Positions 36,473 through 46,060 are shown, counted from the first letter of the stretch. The stretch is DNA of 64,000 nucleotides from Desulfobacterales bacterium (GCA_040771865.1 JAXGZF010000007.1:62001-126000), one strand, 5' to 3'. The notes: generated by a model not told the origin, from the letters alone. Made by a program: numbers and translations.

Positions 36473-36489
36473 CCTTGTCTTTCCTCCTC

Positions 36490-37263
36490 TTAGGTGAAAC
36501 TTTTAACCAGGGATTCGACGATCAGATACCAGCCGTCGACCAGTACAAAGAGCATGAGCTTGAAGGGCAGGCTGATCATGACGGGCGGCAGCATCATCAT
36601 GCCCATGGACAGCAGAATGCTGGAAACCACCATGTCAATAATCAGAAAGGGCAGATAGATCATGAAGCCCATTTGAAACGCCGTCTTGAGTTCGCTGATG
36701 GCAAAGGCCGGAATCAGAGTGGACATGCCGATATCGTCAGGCTTTTCGGGGCGATCGGCTCTGGAAATCTTGACGAACAGGGAAATGTCCCGCTCGCGGG
36801 TCTGTTTGAGCATGAAACCCCGGATCGGACCAATCGCCTTCTCCAGGGCCTGCTCGCCGCTGATCCGATCCTCGTAGAAAGGAGTCAGGGCATCGGTGTG
36901 CACTTTCTGCCAGGTGGGCATCATCACGAAAAAAGTCAGAAAAAGAGACAGACCGATAATGATCTGATTCGGCGGCATCTGCTGCGTGCCGATGGCCTGG
37001 CGGACCAGGGACAGCACCACCACGATCCGCGTAAACGAGGTGAGCATCAGCAGAATCGCCGGCGCCAGGGACAGAACCGTCAGTACGAAAAGCAGCTGGA
37101 TGGCGGTTGAAACGTTTCCCGTTTCGTCGGCGCCGCCAATGGTCAAGCTCAAACCCGGAAATGCCATTGTTTGCGCATCCGCCCGGAATGCGATCAAAAT
37201 TCCGGCGACCGCCGCCAGAATGGCGCCCCGGGTCAGCAAATCAATGCGCAGTCGCGGTATCAT
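36490..37263 (-). CDS. fliP: Export apparatus protein
   Basis: TSFTRI, QQMPPNQ, PAFAISELKTAF, MGMMMLPP. Confidence 0.97.
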   Translation of the reverse strand: MIPRLRIDLLTRGAILAAVAGILIAFRADAQTMAFPGLSLTIGGADETGNVSTAIQLLFVLTVLSLAPAILLMLTSFTRIVVVLSLVRQAIGTQQMPPNQIIIGLSLFLTFFVMMPTWQKVHTDALTPFYEDRISGEQALEKAIGPIRGFMLKQTRERDISLFVKISRADRPEKPDDIGMSTLIPAFAISELKTAFQMGFMIYLPFLIIDMVVSSILLSMGMMMLPPVMISLPFKLMLFVLVDGWYLIVESLVKSFT

Positions 37264-37652
37264 GGTTCCCGCTCACGGGTCTGAGTTGAATGCCCGTCAT
37301 TCAGACCGCCTTGAGAACCCCTGAAAAGATCCATCATGCCGGCAAATTTCTTTTCGCTTTGCCCCGGAATTTTCCCCTCAATCCCGGACTCCGGAAAGGA
37401 AGCCAGCAAGGACATCTGATGATTGGAGATTCCGACCGCCAGAATCTGATCGAGCACATGGACCAGCACGATGACGTTCTTCGGCCCCAGATACCGGCTG
37501 GCCAGAATCCGCATCAGGGATCCGTCGTCGACCCCGCCCAACCGGCGTCCCGAAACCTTTCGAAACAGATACAGGATGCCGGCCATCGCCCCGAGCACAA
37601 TGATCAGCGCGGAAACCATTTTGACAAAAGAAGGGAAAAGCTCCATTTCCAT
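37260..37652 (-). CDS. fliO: FliO/FliZ export accessory protein
   Basis: TM segment plus LGPKNVIVLV..LAVGI; sits between fliN and fliP. Confidence 0.82.
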   Translation of the reverse strand: MEMELFPSFVKMVSALIIVLGAMAGILYLFRKVSGRRLGGVDDGSLMRILASRYLGPKNVIVLVHVLDQILAVGISNHQMSLLASFPESGIEGKIPGQSEKKFAGMMDLFRGSQGGLNDGHSTQTREREP

Positions 37653-37666
37653 TGGACCGCCTCCGG

Positions 37667-38128
37667 TTAACGCAGCTTGTTGACCCGTTCGGCTGGAGAA
37701 ACGATATCCGTGAGCCGGATGCCGAATTTTTCATTGATCACCACCACCTCGCCCCGGGCGATGAGCCTCTGGTTGATATAGATATCCATGGGCTCGCCCG
37801 CCAGCTTGCTCAGTTCGATCACGCTGCCCTGGCCCAGCTGAAGCAGTTCGCTGATCAGCATTCGGCTTCGGCCCAGCTCAACGGTCAGCGTCAGGGGAAT
37901 ATCCAGAATGAAATCCAGCCCCATGTCAGGCCCTGGCTTGGCGGCATTGGTAATTTCCGTAAATTTTGCCTCGCTGATCTCGGTTTTCGGGACCTTGGTT
38001 CTGGACAGCTCCATCTCTTCCTTCACATCGTCCCATCCGATATTTTCATCATCCGCCTTTACGGCTTCTTCAGCCGGTCCGGAAGATTCTATGCCCTTAA
38101 GAAGCTCATCCACCTCACTCTGTTTCAT
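37667..38128 (-). CDS. fliN: C-ring protein
   Basis: ILDIPLTLTVELG, GSVIEL, GEVVVINEKFGIR. Confidence 0.95.
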   Translation of the reverse strand: MKQSEVDELLKGIESSGPAEEAVKADDENIGWDDVKEEMELSRTKVPKTEISEAKFTEITNAAKPGPDMGLDFILDIPLTLTVELGRSRMLISELLQLGQGSVIELSKLAGEPMDIYINQRLIARGEVVVINEKFGIRLTDIVSPAERVNKLR

Positions 38129-39116
38129 GTTCCTGCACCTCTTGTCCCCGAATGATTTCAGAAATCTGAACCGCCTGATTCCCCTTGTAGACTCCCAGAT
38201 ACCCTTTATATTTCATCACGCCTTCGACAGCGACGTTGACCGGATCGGTGAAGTATTGCTCCAGCTGAATGACGTCTCCGGCCTTCAGGTTGACAACATC
38301 TCCGGTCTTCAGATGGGCGTGTCCCAATTCAACGGACAGATTGATCTGAGATTTCATCAGATTCATTTTAAAACGTTTCATCCACTCCTTGTCTACCTCG
38401 ATCTGTTCGCTCTGGAAGCCGGCCTGAAGCTTTTCACGAATGGGTTCCAGAGCCGAATACGGAATGCATATCGTCATCATTCCGGAGGTATATTCTACCT
38501 CGATTTCAAAGTTGACCACCACCACCACGTCGGTGGGCGGAACAATCTGGGCGAACTGCGGATTGACCTCGGATCTTTGATAGACGGCCTTGATTTCCAT
38601 CAGCGGCTTCCAGGCTCTTTCCAGATCCGCAAGGGCGCTGATCACCACTCTTTTGATGAGATTGTTTTCAATGGCCGTAAATTCACGGCCTTCCACCTTG
38701 AAGGCCTCCTTTCCGGAACCCCCGAAAAGGATGTCGACCAGAGCGAAAATAATCTTGGATTCCACGACAAAGATCGCGTTTCCGCGCATGGGCTCGAGTT
38801 TGAGCAGATGCATGCTCGTCGGCACGGGAAGCGTTTTGAGAAATTCCCCGAATTTGATCATATCCGTGGAAATAGCGCTGACCGTAGCCACCTTCCGCAG
38901 CAGGGCCGACAGGGTGGTGCGAAACATTCGGGCGAATTTCTCGTTGGTCATTTCCAGGGTCGGCATCCGTCCGCGGATGATCCGGTCCTGGCTGGTCAGA
39001 TCATAGGCGACCACCCCTGAAGCATCTTGAACGATCTCCGGCTCGGTTTCAATTTCCCCGCCTGAAATCCCCCTCAAGAGGGCATCCACTTCTTCCTGGG
39101 ACAAAATGTTCGACAT
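38115..39116 (-). CDS. fliM: C-ring protein
   Basis: LSQEEVDALL, LFGG, REFTAIE, EVNPQFAQI. Confidence 0.96.
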   Translation of the reverse strand: MSNILSQEEVDALLRGISGGEIETEPEIVQDASGVVAYDLTSQDRIIRGRMPTLEMTNEKFARMFRTTLSALLRKVATVSAISTDMIKFGEFLKTLPVPTSMHLLKLEPMRGNAIFVVESKIIFALVDILFGGSGKEAFKVEGREFTAIENNLIKRVVISALADLERAWKPLMEIKAVYQRSEVNPQFAQIVPPTDVVVVVNFEIEVEYTSGMMTICIPYSALEPIREKLQAGFQSEQIEVDKEWMKRFKMNLMKSQINLSVELGHAHLKTGDVVNLKAGDVIQLEQYFTDPVNVAVEGVMKYKGYLGVYKGNQAVQISEIIRGQEVQEHETE

Positions 39117-39182
39117 GGGCTACGATCCTGATGTCATCGCCGTCTGAAAACCCGGCTGACCGTTCTGCATGCATTCATGATC

Positions 39183-39674
39183 CTACTGAATGACAAACTC
39201 CGTAAAATAAACCTTGAGAATCTCCCCATCCGTCAGATAGCTGTTCAACCGCATGGCGATCTCTTCCCGAAGGCGCTGTTTGCCGCTGACATCCATCAAA
39301 TCCTTGTAGCTTTTTGAGGAAAGCAGATCCAGAATGTTGTCCCTGAGTTTGGGCTTCATCAGGTTGAGCGTTTCGGTAGTTTTGGCATTCGAGGCTTCCA
39401 GCTGGATCACCGCCTTGAGGTATCGCTCGCCATTGTTGCCCATCAGGTTGACGACAAAAGGATCCATCGGCCACAGAACTGGCGCGACCGGGACTTCGGA
39501 TGTTTTCTCGGCTCCGGAAAGGGCCGCACCGCCTTTCTTGAAATAATACTTTCCGCCGAAAAATCCCCCCGCCAGCAGGGCTGAGGACAAAAGCACGATC
39601 ACGATCAGCTTGAGAAAAGACCGCTTCTTTTTGGGGGCCGCTTCCTGAGATGGTTCTTTTTTTTCTTCTGCCAT
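39183..39674 (-). CDS. fliL: Basal body-associated protein
   Basis: TM segment, PFVVNL, RYLK, LRDNI, VYFTEFVIQ. Confidence 0.93.
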   Translation of the reverse strand: MAEEKKEPSQEAAPKKKRSFLKLIVIVLLSSALLAGGFFGGKYYFKKGGAALSGAEKTSEVPVAPVLWPMDPFVVNLMGNNGERYLKAVIQLEASNAKTTETLNLMKPKLRDNILDLLSSKSYKDLMDVSGKQRLREEIAMRLNSYLTDGEILKVYFTEFVIQ

Positions 39675-39688
39675 GGATTCTTCTCCGT

Positions 39689-40450
39689 TTAGGGACCTGG
39701 TATATTTTCACCGCCGGTCGGCTCGGACAACGGTTGAATTTTGTGAGACAGCAGTACGATCTCCACCCGGCGGTTCAGGGCGCGTTTCGATTCATCGGAA
39801 TTGGGAACCGCCGGTTTGCAGTCCGCATATCCCGCGGCTGAGAGACGTTCGGGCGTCACGCCGCCTTTCATTAAAAATTTCACAACGGTGACCGCCCGTG
39901 CCGTGGAAAGCTCCCAGTTGGATGCATAGCCGGAACGAATGGGCCTGTCGTCGGTGTGGCCTTCCACGCGGATATCCCCATCCGTGGATCTGAGAATGTT
40001 GCAGAGCGCCTCAAGGGTCAAAGAATCATTGACCGCAAGTTCGGCGGATCCGGACTCAAACATCAGTGCCTCATCCAGAATAACGGACAATCTTCCGTCG
40101 ACCATTCGGGCCGATATGCCGGGCAGCCGGTTCATGGAGCCGATCAACTCAAGTCCCGTTGTCTTTGCGGACCGAGGTTTCGAACCGTTCAGCGCATCGC
40201 GCATCCGCTGCCGTTCAATGTCCGGATCCGCGATCGACCTTAATATGGGTTCGAAAACCATGCTCACCGTCTCCCGCGTCTCAAGCGTAGCGCCGAAAGT
40301 ATCGGCCACTGCGGCAGAGGCCTGTCGAACGCGATTCATGTCCAGACTGGACATGGACAGAATGAGTACAAAAAAAGTCAGAACCAGCGTCATCATGTCG
40401 TTGAAAGTCAGCAGCCATCTGTGATGATTCATTTCACTTCCGCGGTTCAT
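39689..40450 (-). CDS. motB: Stator B subunit (Asp-containing)
   Basis: WLLTFNDMMTLVLTFFVL, VEGHTDD, SNWELSTARA, NRRVEI. Start is 40450 or 40432. Confidence 0.88.
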   Translation of the reverse strand: MNRGSEMNHHRWLLTFNDMMTLVLTFFVLILSMSSLDMNRVRQASAAVADTFGATLETRETVSMVFEPILRSIADPDIERQRMRDALNGSKPRSAKTTGLELIGSMNRLPGISARMVDGRLSVILDEALMFESGSAELAVNDSLTLEALCNILRSTDGDIRVEGHTDDRPIRSGYASNWELSTARAVTVVKFLMKGGVTPERLSAAGYADCKPAVPNSDESKRALNRRVEIVLLSHKIQPLSEPTGGENIPGP

Positions 40451-41108
40451 CGGTCTGATCCTTCTTGTTCGAAGCGGGCCTCTTTGAATCGATTCCGAAA
40501 TGGATTTCCACACGCCGGTTCGCCGCACGCCCCTCGGCCATGGCATTATCCGCTACCGGCCGATAAGGGCCAAATCCCACGGCCGAAAGACGATGGGCGT
40601 CCATTCCGGCCTTTTCAAGAAAATACCGCAGCACGTTTACCGCCCGTGCAGTCGAAAGATCCCAGTTGGATGCGAACAAATCGGTATGAATGGGAAGCGA
40701 ATCGGTATGGCCCTGCACCTCCACGGTAAAAGCCCATTTTTTCGCCATCGCCCCGATGGCATTCAAATAAGGGTGTATATCTGAATGGATCAAGGCCTGA
40801 CCCGGGTCAAACAGCATTCGGTTTTGCATAACCGCCTTAAATCCACCGGCGGTCCGGGTCAGCTGAACCTCCCGGTCCACACCGTGCTTCCTGGACAGCC
40901 GGCGCATATCCTCCATGGCGCTGGAAATCAGGACTCCCTTGCCGCTGGCGTCGTATCCGAATCCGGTTTTCAGAACGGCCATCTTTTCGGCATCGGACCT
41001 TGAATAAGCCGCCAGCATGGCGAACAGCGACACCAGAATCAATGCCATGGACGCGTAAACCATCTCCCATTGGGACAATCTTGATATGCGGTCTGCATTC
41101 TGTTTCAA
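40434..41108 (-). CDS. motB: MotB paralogue lacking the TM aspartate
   Basis: WEMVYASMALIL TM segment; OmpA-like domain VQGHTD, SNWDLSTARA, NRRVEI. Confidence 0.8.
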   Translation of the reverse strand: MKQNADRISRLSQWEMVYASMALILVSLFAMLAAYSRSDAEKMAVLKTGFGYDASGKGVLISSAMEDMRRLSRKHGVDREVQLTRTAGGFKAVMQNRMLFDPGQALIHSDIHPYLNAIGAMAKKWAFTVEVQGHTDSLPIHTDLFASNWDLSTARAVNVLRYFLEKAGMDAHRLSAVGFGPYRPVADNAMAEGRAANRRVEIHFGIDSKRPASNKKDQTDEPRK

Positions 41109-41869
41109 TTAAACACCGATTGCCGCTGGCTGGGTGGAACAAAAGAGTGCAGTTTCTGCTCCACCACCCGGGGATTGTCGCCCGCCTGAATGGACAGGAT
41201 CCCGTCAATCATCAATTTTTTGATCATCACTTCCCGATCGCTTCGGTTTCTGAGTTTTCCGGCAATGGGCAGAAAAACGAGATTTGCCAGAATAACGCCA
41301 TAGAATGTCGTCACGAGCGCAATGGCCATGGATGGTCCGATGGCGCGCGGGTCATCGATCTGCATGAGCATCTGCACCAGTCCGATCAGGGTTCCGATCA
41401 TACCCATGGCCGGAGCGAAACTTCCCATGGTTGCAAAGATCTCGGCGCCAAGACGGTGGCGGCGTTCCAGGCAGTCGATCTCTGTTTCCAGAATACCGGA
41501 AACGGCGCCGGGTTCCATGCCGTCGACCATCAACTCCACAGCCTTGGAGAGAAAAGAATCCTCAATGCCCGGCATCTCGTTCTGAAGGGCCAGGATTCCT
41601 TTGCGTCTGGAGAATCGGGACAATTCCACGAGTTTTCGAATCACGTCGGCGACTTTCTGTTCCCGCTGAAAAAATACCTGCTTGGCTACCTTGACGACGC
41701 CGAAAATATCGGAAATCGGATAATTGATCAGCGTTGCACCCAGAGTGCCTCCCAAAACGATCATCATGGCAGGTCCGTTGATAAACCAGGAAAGCCCCCC
41801 GCCCGAAGCCATGGCCGCGATGACCAGACTGAACCCCCCCAATATGCCGATGATGGTTGCCAGATCCAC
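41105..41869 (-). CDS. motA: Stator A subunit (short MotA/PomA type)
   Basis: GTG start; DLATIIG, APAMGMIGTLIGLVQML, IGPSMAIALVTTFYG, GDNP. Confidence 0.92.
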   Translation of the reverse strand: MDLATIIGILGGFSLVIAAMASGGGLSWFINGPAMMIVLGGTLGATLINYPISDIFGVVKVAKQVFFQREQKVADVIRKLVELSRFSRRKGILALQNEMPGIEDSFLSKAVELMVDGMEPGAVSGILETEIDCLERRHRLGAEIFATMGSFAPAMGMIGTLIGLVQMLMQIDDPRAIGPSMAIALVTTFYGVILANLVFLPIAGKLRNRSDREVMIKKLMIDGILSIQAGDNPRVVEQKLHSFVPPSQRQSVFN

Positions 41870-41943
41870 GAAGTTTTCGCTTTATCGTTTGTCAAATTTA
41901 AAAAGGCACTCCGAAAGGAGATGCATTCCATGCCAACATATGC

Positions 41944-41959
41944 AGCAAATAGCATACCA
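41944..41959 (-). promoter_or_regulatory. sigma54 promoter for the motA...fliA operon
   Basis: TGGTAT-GCTAT-TTGCT. Confidence 0.7.
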
Positions 41960-42029
41960 ATTCATCCGCCTTTTTCGTCCAGGATTATGCCTTTAGTTTT
42001 AATTGGTTATAAGGATGTGTAAAAATAAT

Positions 42030-42084
42030 GTCGCAAAAGTGGCTGGTCCCGGGATTTTTTTGACAAAAAAGCCAAATATTTGAC
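42030..42084. promoter_or_regulatory. Three phased GTC-N8-GAC-like boxes (candidate enhancer-binding-protein sites)
   Basis: GTCGCAAAAGTGGC (42030), GGGATTTTTTTGAC (42051), GCCAAATATTTGAC (42071); about 20-21 bp period. Confidence 0.45.
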
Positions 42085-42207
42085 GATAAAATCCCGGCGG
42101 CCGATTAAAATCAAAATACCGCATTTCAGAAATGCGGGAACCGGCGAGACCCAGCAGGATATTGCTGTTGAGTCGAAAAGAACAGATCAAAAGCGGGAGT
42201 TTTATTT

Positions 42208-42233
42208 GGGGCGGAGTTTTCAAACCCCGCCCC
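42208..42233 (-). terminator. GC-rich hairpin just after flgE
   Basis: GGGGCGGGGTT-TGAA-AACTCCGCCCC; no clear U-tract. Confidence 0.45.
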
Positions 42234-42241
42234 TGAATCTT

Positions 42242-43486
42242 TTACCGTTTGATGTTCATCAGTTCGGTGAGCATCTCGTCAGCAGTGGTGATCACGCGGG
42301 AGTTGGCCTGGTAAACGCGCTGGGCGCTGATCATTTTGATGAACTCCCGGGCCATGTCCGTATTGGATACTTCCAGGGCATTGGATTGCAGAGAACCGAG
42401 TCCACTGCTGCCGGGCTCAGCCAGAATCGGTCCGCCGGATTCTGAGGTTTCCACAAAATAACTGCCCTCTTTCTGCAATCCGGAGGGATCGAGAAAATCC
42501 GCCAGAAGAATCTGCGCCATGTTCCGGGATACCCCGTTTGTAAAATATCCGACAACCGTACCGTTGCTGGATACATTCAGGGAATCGAGGCCTCCGGGAG
42601 GATATCCGTCGTTGCTCGCATAATTGACCCGCGAGGACATGGCGTAGCCGGTGATGGCGGGCGCATTGTCCGTCAGATTCCAGGTCAGGCCGGTCAGGGG
42701 ACTGCCGGCATCGGCGAAACTGAAGATCACATCCAGAGGTTCCACTACAGGATCTGCTGTGAGGTCTCCATTCACCAGCTGACCGTCTGCCGTAAAGACC
42801 AAGCTGCCCAGACCGGAAGCATCCAGAGTGGCGGGGTAAATAGTACCGTCCGCAGCTTCCAGCTCCGCGGAAATATCCCAGGTATCCGAAGCCGTTTTTT
42901 CAAAAGCGATATTCAGACTCGCGCTGGAACCGGAAGGACCGTAAACGGTCTGGCTGGTGCTGAAGATCTCTCCGATTTCGGTATCCGCATTAAGATTCAT
43001 TCCCAGATTGAAGGACGAGGTGATTTTGGGCTGGGAACTCGAAGCCAGGAGGTTAATATCGCTGACGCCCGGAATCAAGTTGCCAGTGCTGTCATACATC
43101 AGTCCCTGCACCCGGTATCCGTTCATATCGCAGAGGTATCCGTCCTTATTGAGGTTAAAAGCGCCGGCACGGGTATAATAAGTGGCGCCGTCAACGTTTT
43201 TCACGATAAAAAAACCCTGGCCGTCGATGGCCAGATCCGTCGAATTACTGGTGGTTTCAAAAGAACCCTGATCAAACTGAGTGTTTACGGCCGCCACGCC
43301 AACCCCCTGCCCCACCTGCATATTCCCGGTGGTGCCGGCAACGCTCCGGCTCAACAGACTCGCGAAATAGGTATCACCGGCCTTGAAGCCGACGGTATTG
43401 GCATTGGCCAGATTATCGCCAACGACTTCCAGCTGCTTGGCGCTGGCGGTAAGGCCCGTAGTTCCGATCCATAATGCACTGGACAT
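42242..43486 (-). CDS. flgE: Hook protein
   Basis: GDNLANANTVGFK, DLAIDGQGFF, YTRAGAF, LEVSNTD, QRVYQANSRVI. Confidence 0.95.
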   Translation of the reverse strand: MSSALWIGTTGLTASAKQLEVVGDNLANANTVGFKAGDTYFASLLSRSVAGTTGNMQVGQGVGVAAVNTQFDQGSFETTSNSTDLAIDGQGFFIVKNVDGATYYTRAGAFNLNKDGYLCDMNGYRVQGLMYDSTGNLIPGVSDINLLASSSQPKITSSFNLGMNLNADTEIGEIFSTSQTVYGPSGSSASLNIAFEKTASDTWDISAELEAADGTIYPATLDASGLGSLVFTADGQLVNGDLTADPVVEPLDVIFSFADAGSPLTGLTWNLTDNAPAITGYAMSSRVNYASNDGYPPGGLDSLNVSSNGTVVGYFTNGVSRNMAQILLADFLDPSGLQKEGSYFVETSESGGPILAEPGSSGLGSLQSNALEVSNTDMAREFIKMISAQRVYQANSRVITTADEMLTELMNIKR

Positions 43487-43546
43487 ATGAATTACCTCCT
43501 GTGGTTGTTTAAAATCGAATTGATTCAGCCTCGTTTGAACGAAGGC

Positions 43547-44188
43547 TTATTGCCTGATTGCGTGAACGCTTTCCATCGAAATCTGTTCTCCGTTGACCGT
43601 CAGCCAGATGGTATCGCCGGAAAACTCAATTCCGGTTACCGGCCCGGTCAGGATGCCCTGAACATCAACGGGACAGTCCTCCCCATCCTTGGCAAAAACC
43701 TGAAAACTGTAAACTCCTGAGACCGCATCGCCGGCATCCCAGACAAGCGTCTGAACTCCTTGATTCTGGGGACCCGGAGACAGTTCAGCCACCTGTTGAC
43801 CTGCTTCGTCAAAAATGCCGACCGAAATGTCTTGCGCATCAGCCAGCAATTCGTAGCTGATCTCGGCTGAATTTCCCGTCAGGACAAAGCTGTTGCCGCC
43901 CTCTGCAACTACCTGTTTGCCGATAAGACCGACAGCCTGAGCATTGTACATGCCCTGCTGATAGGCACTCAACTTCTCCACGCCGGCGTTGACGTTATAC
44001 AGCTGCTCCAGGCTGGAAAACTGGGCCAGCTGAGTTGTAAACTCCATGCTGTCCATGGGATTGAGCGGGTCCTGGTTTTTCAGCTGGGCGACCAGCAATG
44101 TGAGAAATTCATCACGGCCCATGCTTTTCGTCTGGTTTGATGAATTCGTTGCCGTGGATTGGCTGGATACGGTTTGTATACCGAGCAT
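43547..44188 (-). CDS. flgD: Hook-capping protein
   Basis: FLTLLVAQLKNQDPLNPMD..QLAQFSSLEQ. Confidence 0.95.
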   Translation of the reverse strand: MLGIQTVSSQSTATNSSNQTKSMGRDEFLTLLVAQLKNQDPLNPMDSMEFTTQLAQFSSLEQLYNVNAGVEKLSAYQQGMYNAQAVGLIGKQVVAEGGNSFVLTGNSAEISYELLADAQDISVGIFDEAGQQVAELSPGPQNQGVQTLVWDAGDAVSGVYSFQVFAKDGEDCPVDVQGILTGPVTGIEFSGDTIWLTVNGEQISMESVHAIRQ

Positions 44189-44211
44189 GGCGTCTCCTTT
44201 GAACCAAAACC

Positions 44212-46017
44212 TCAGGCAAATATGCTGATGCCTGAATCATCGGTTATTTGAATGGTTTGTCTTGAAATTTTGGGGCTAGTTTCGCCGCCAAGGCTTTGTC
44301 TGCTCTCCGAATCCCCTCTGCTTCCTCTGTCCGTAAAAGCATTTCCTTCAAAAGATCTCGGGTCAGAGTCGGAAAAGCAAAGCACGTCATAGCTGTCCAC
44401 CTGAATCCCCTGGGTCAGGAAGGCGCCTTTGATCTGATCCGCATGCGATTGAAGGGCCTGCTGAACCTCGGCCCTGGCAGTCACCATAACGACTTCCACC
44501 TTTTGATTCAAAAGGCGAACATCCATATCGACGGTTCCCAGATCCGGCGGATTCAATACCAGCTTGATCCGCCCGGAGCCCTGGCTGAAAATCTGTTGCG
44601 AATTGGCCAGCACCTGATCAACGATCTGCTGGGAACGAAGTATTGAAAATTCCGGGCTCAGGACCTGGGCCTGATTCTGAACCGCTACGGCAAAAGGTTT
44701 TTCTGCGTTTGCCGCAGGGTTGGAAATCTTCCCGAAAATATCGGAATAATCGGAACCATTTTGCCCTGAAGCATCTTCGAAACGCTGAGGCATTGAATCC
44801 GAACGCCCCCCCTCCACGGCAGCGACTTGAGCCCGCGGATTTTCAATAATATTTTTTATAGCTTGCAGGTTTGTTTGAGAAAAAGTCTCTCGGTCTTTCT
44901 CTGTCTCCTGCTTCAGAGACACGGTCTGCCTATCTTCAACGTCAATCTGAGAATCTTTGCTGAGATCGAAAAGCGCCGCATCTGGTTCATCGGACAAATT
45001 CTCGCCTTGGACTCCGGGCTGCTGAGGTCTCATTGCTTGTAATATTTGACCAACCGCCAGATGCATTCCATGGAATTTATCAATACTGGGCCGGTCCGCT
45101 TCCACGACTCGAACCGTCTGAGACTCCGAAGCAACCCGCCGCGACTGATCCTCGTTCAATAATGCGTTACCGTCCGGCAAAACTCCAGAGTCGCCCTCAA
45201 AACTTGCGTTCAGCATTGTTTCGACTGCCGGGGATTTTATGCTCGAAAGTTTGCTGCGGGCTTGACTGGAAGCGCCTGCGACATCAACTCGAACCTGTGA
45301 AAGCAACTCGCCTTGCCTGCCGAATATATGTCTGTCATCAACCCTGCCCTGTAAAATTTGAGACTCCGAAGCAACCCGCCGCAACTGATCCTCGTTCAAT
45401 AATGCATTACCGTCCGGCAAAACTCCAGAGTCGCCCTCAAAACTTGCGTTCAGCATTGTTTCGACTGCCGGGGATTTTATGTTCGAAAGTATGCTGCGGG
45501 CTTGACTGGAAGCGCCTGCGACATCGACTCGAACCTGTGAAAGCAACTCGCCTTGCCTGTCGGAATAATTATCCCCGTCAATATCGCCCGGCCACGTCTG
45601 TTTGCGGTTCTGAATAGCAGATTCCATATATTGACGAATCAGCTCATGATCCCGAGTCTGCTGCGGGATTTGCCCCAGGGCCAGTCCGGCCGCCGCATAT
45701 TCTTCGAATACCTCAAACTCGACGTCTTCAGCCGCTTCGTCGGCCGAACCTTTGGCGAACGAAATCCCGCCCTCCGCTTCAGGCACATTCCCGCTTGCGC
45801 GTTCAGCTTCTACGGCTGATTCTGATTCTTCGACAGCGGCATCGGCAGATGGATCTGAATCCTGAGCGGTCCGGGTATTGTCAAAAATATTTGCAAAGCT
45901 TGCATCTCGGCCCGATCCGGCACCATCTGGCTCCTGACTGCGGGTTCCGGCTCCGGCTATCTGCCCCTTGATCCCCTGGCCGGCAGCAAGATTGGTACTC
46001 ATCATCACGACATTCAT
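44212..46017 (-). CDS. fliK: Hook-length control protein
   Basis: Long low-complexity N-region; LVLNPPDLGTVD T3S4 motif; upstream of flgD. Confidence 0.9.
   Translation of the reverse strand: MNVVMMSTNLAAGQGIKGQIAGAGTRSQEPDGAGSGRDASFANIFDNTRTAQDSDPSADAAVEESESAVEAERASGNVPEAEGGISFAKGSADEAAEDVEFEVFEEYAAAGLALGQIPQQTRDHELIRQYMESAIQNRKQTWPGDIDGDNYSDRQGELLSQVRVDVAGASSQARSILSNIKSPAVETMLNASFEGDSGVLPDGNALLNEDQLRRVASESQILQGRVDDRHIFGRQGELLSQVRVDVAGASSQARSKLSSIKSPAVETMLNASFEGDSGVLPDGNALLNEDQSRRVASESQTVRVVEADRPSIDKFHGMHLAVGQILQAMRPQQPGVQGENLSDEPDAALFDLSKDSQIDVEDRQTVSLKQETEKDRETFSQTNLQAIKNIIENPRAQVAAVEGGRSDSMPQRFEDASGQNGSDYSDIFGKISNPAANAEKPFAVAVQNQAQVLSPEFSILRSQQIVDQVLANSQQIFSQGSGRIKLVLNPPDLGTVDMDVRLLNQKVEVVMVTARAEVQQALQSHADQIKGAFLTQGIQVDSYDVLCFSDSDPRSFEGNAFTDRGSRGDSESRQSLGGETSPKISRQTIQITDDSGISIFA
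45119..45559. repeat. In-frame tandem duplication inside fliK (240-bp period)
   Basis: 45119-45319 versus 45359-45559: 5 mismatches in 201 bp by manual comparison. Confidence 0.95.
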
Positions 46018-46044
46018 TTAATCCTCCTGTTTGCGCCCTTATTG

Positions 46045-46060
46045 AGCAAACCGCGTGCCA
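46045..46060 (-). promoter_or_regulatory. sigma54 promoter for fliK-flgD-flgE
   Basis: TGGCAC-GCGGT-TTGCT. Confidence 0.85.

Noticed and set aside
41922..41935. TGGCATGGAATGCA as a sigma54 promoter for motA
   Set aside because: GG-to-GC spacing is 8 nt rather than 10; the site at 41944-41959 has the correct spacing.
45119..45559. Repeat as CRISPR array or mobile element
   Set aside because: Two long in-frame copies inside fliK, with no spacers, terminal inverted repeats, cas or transposase genes.
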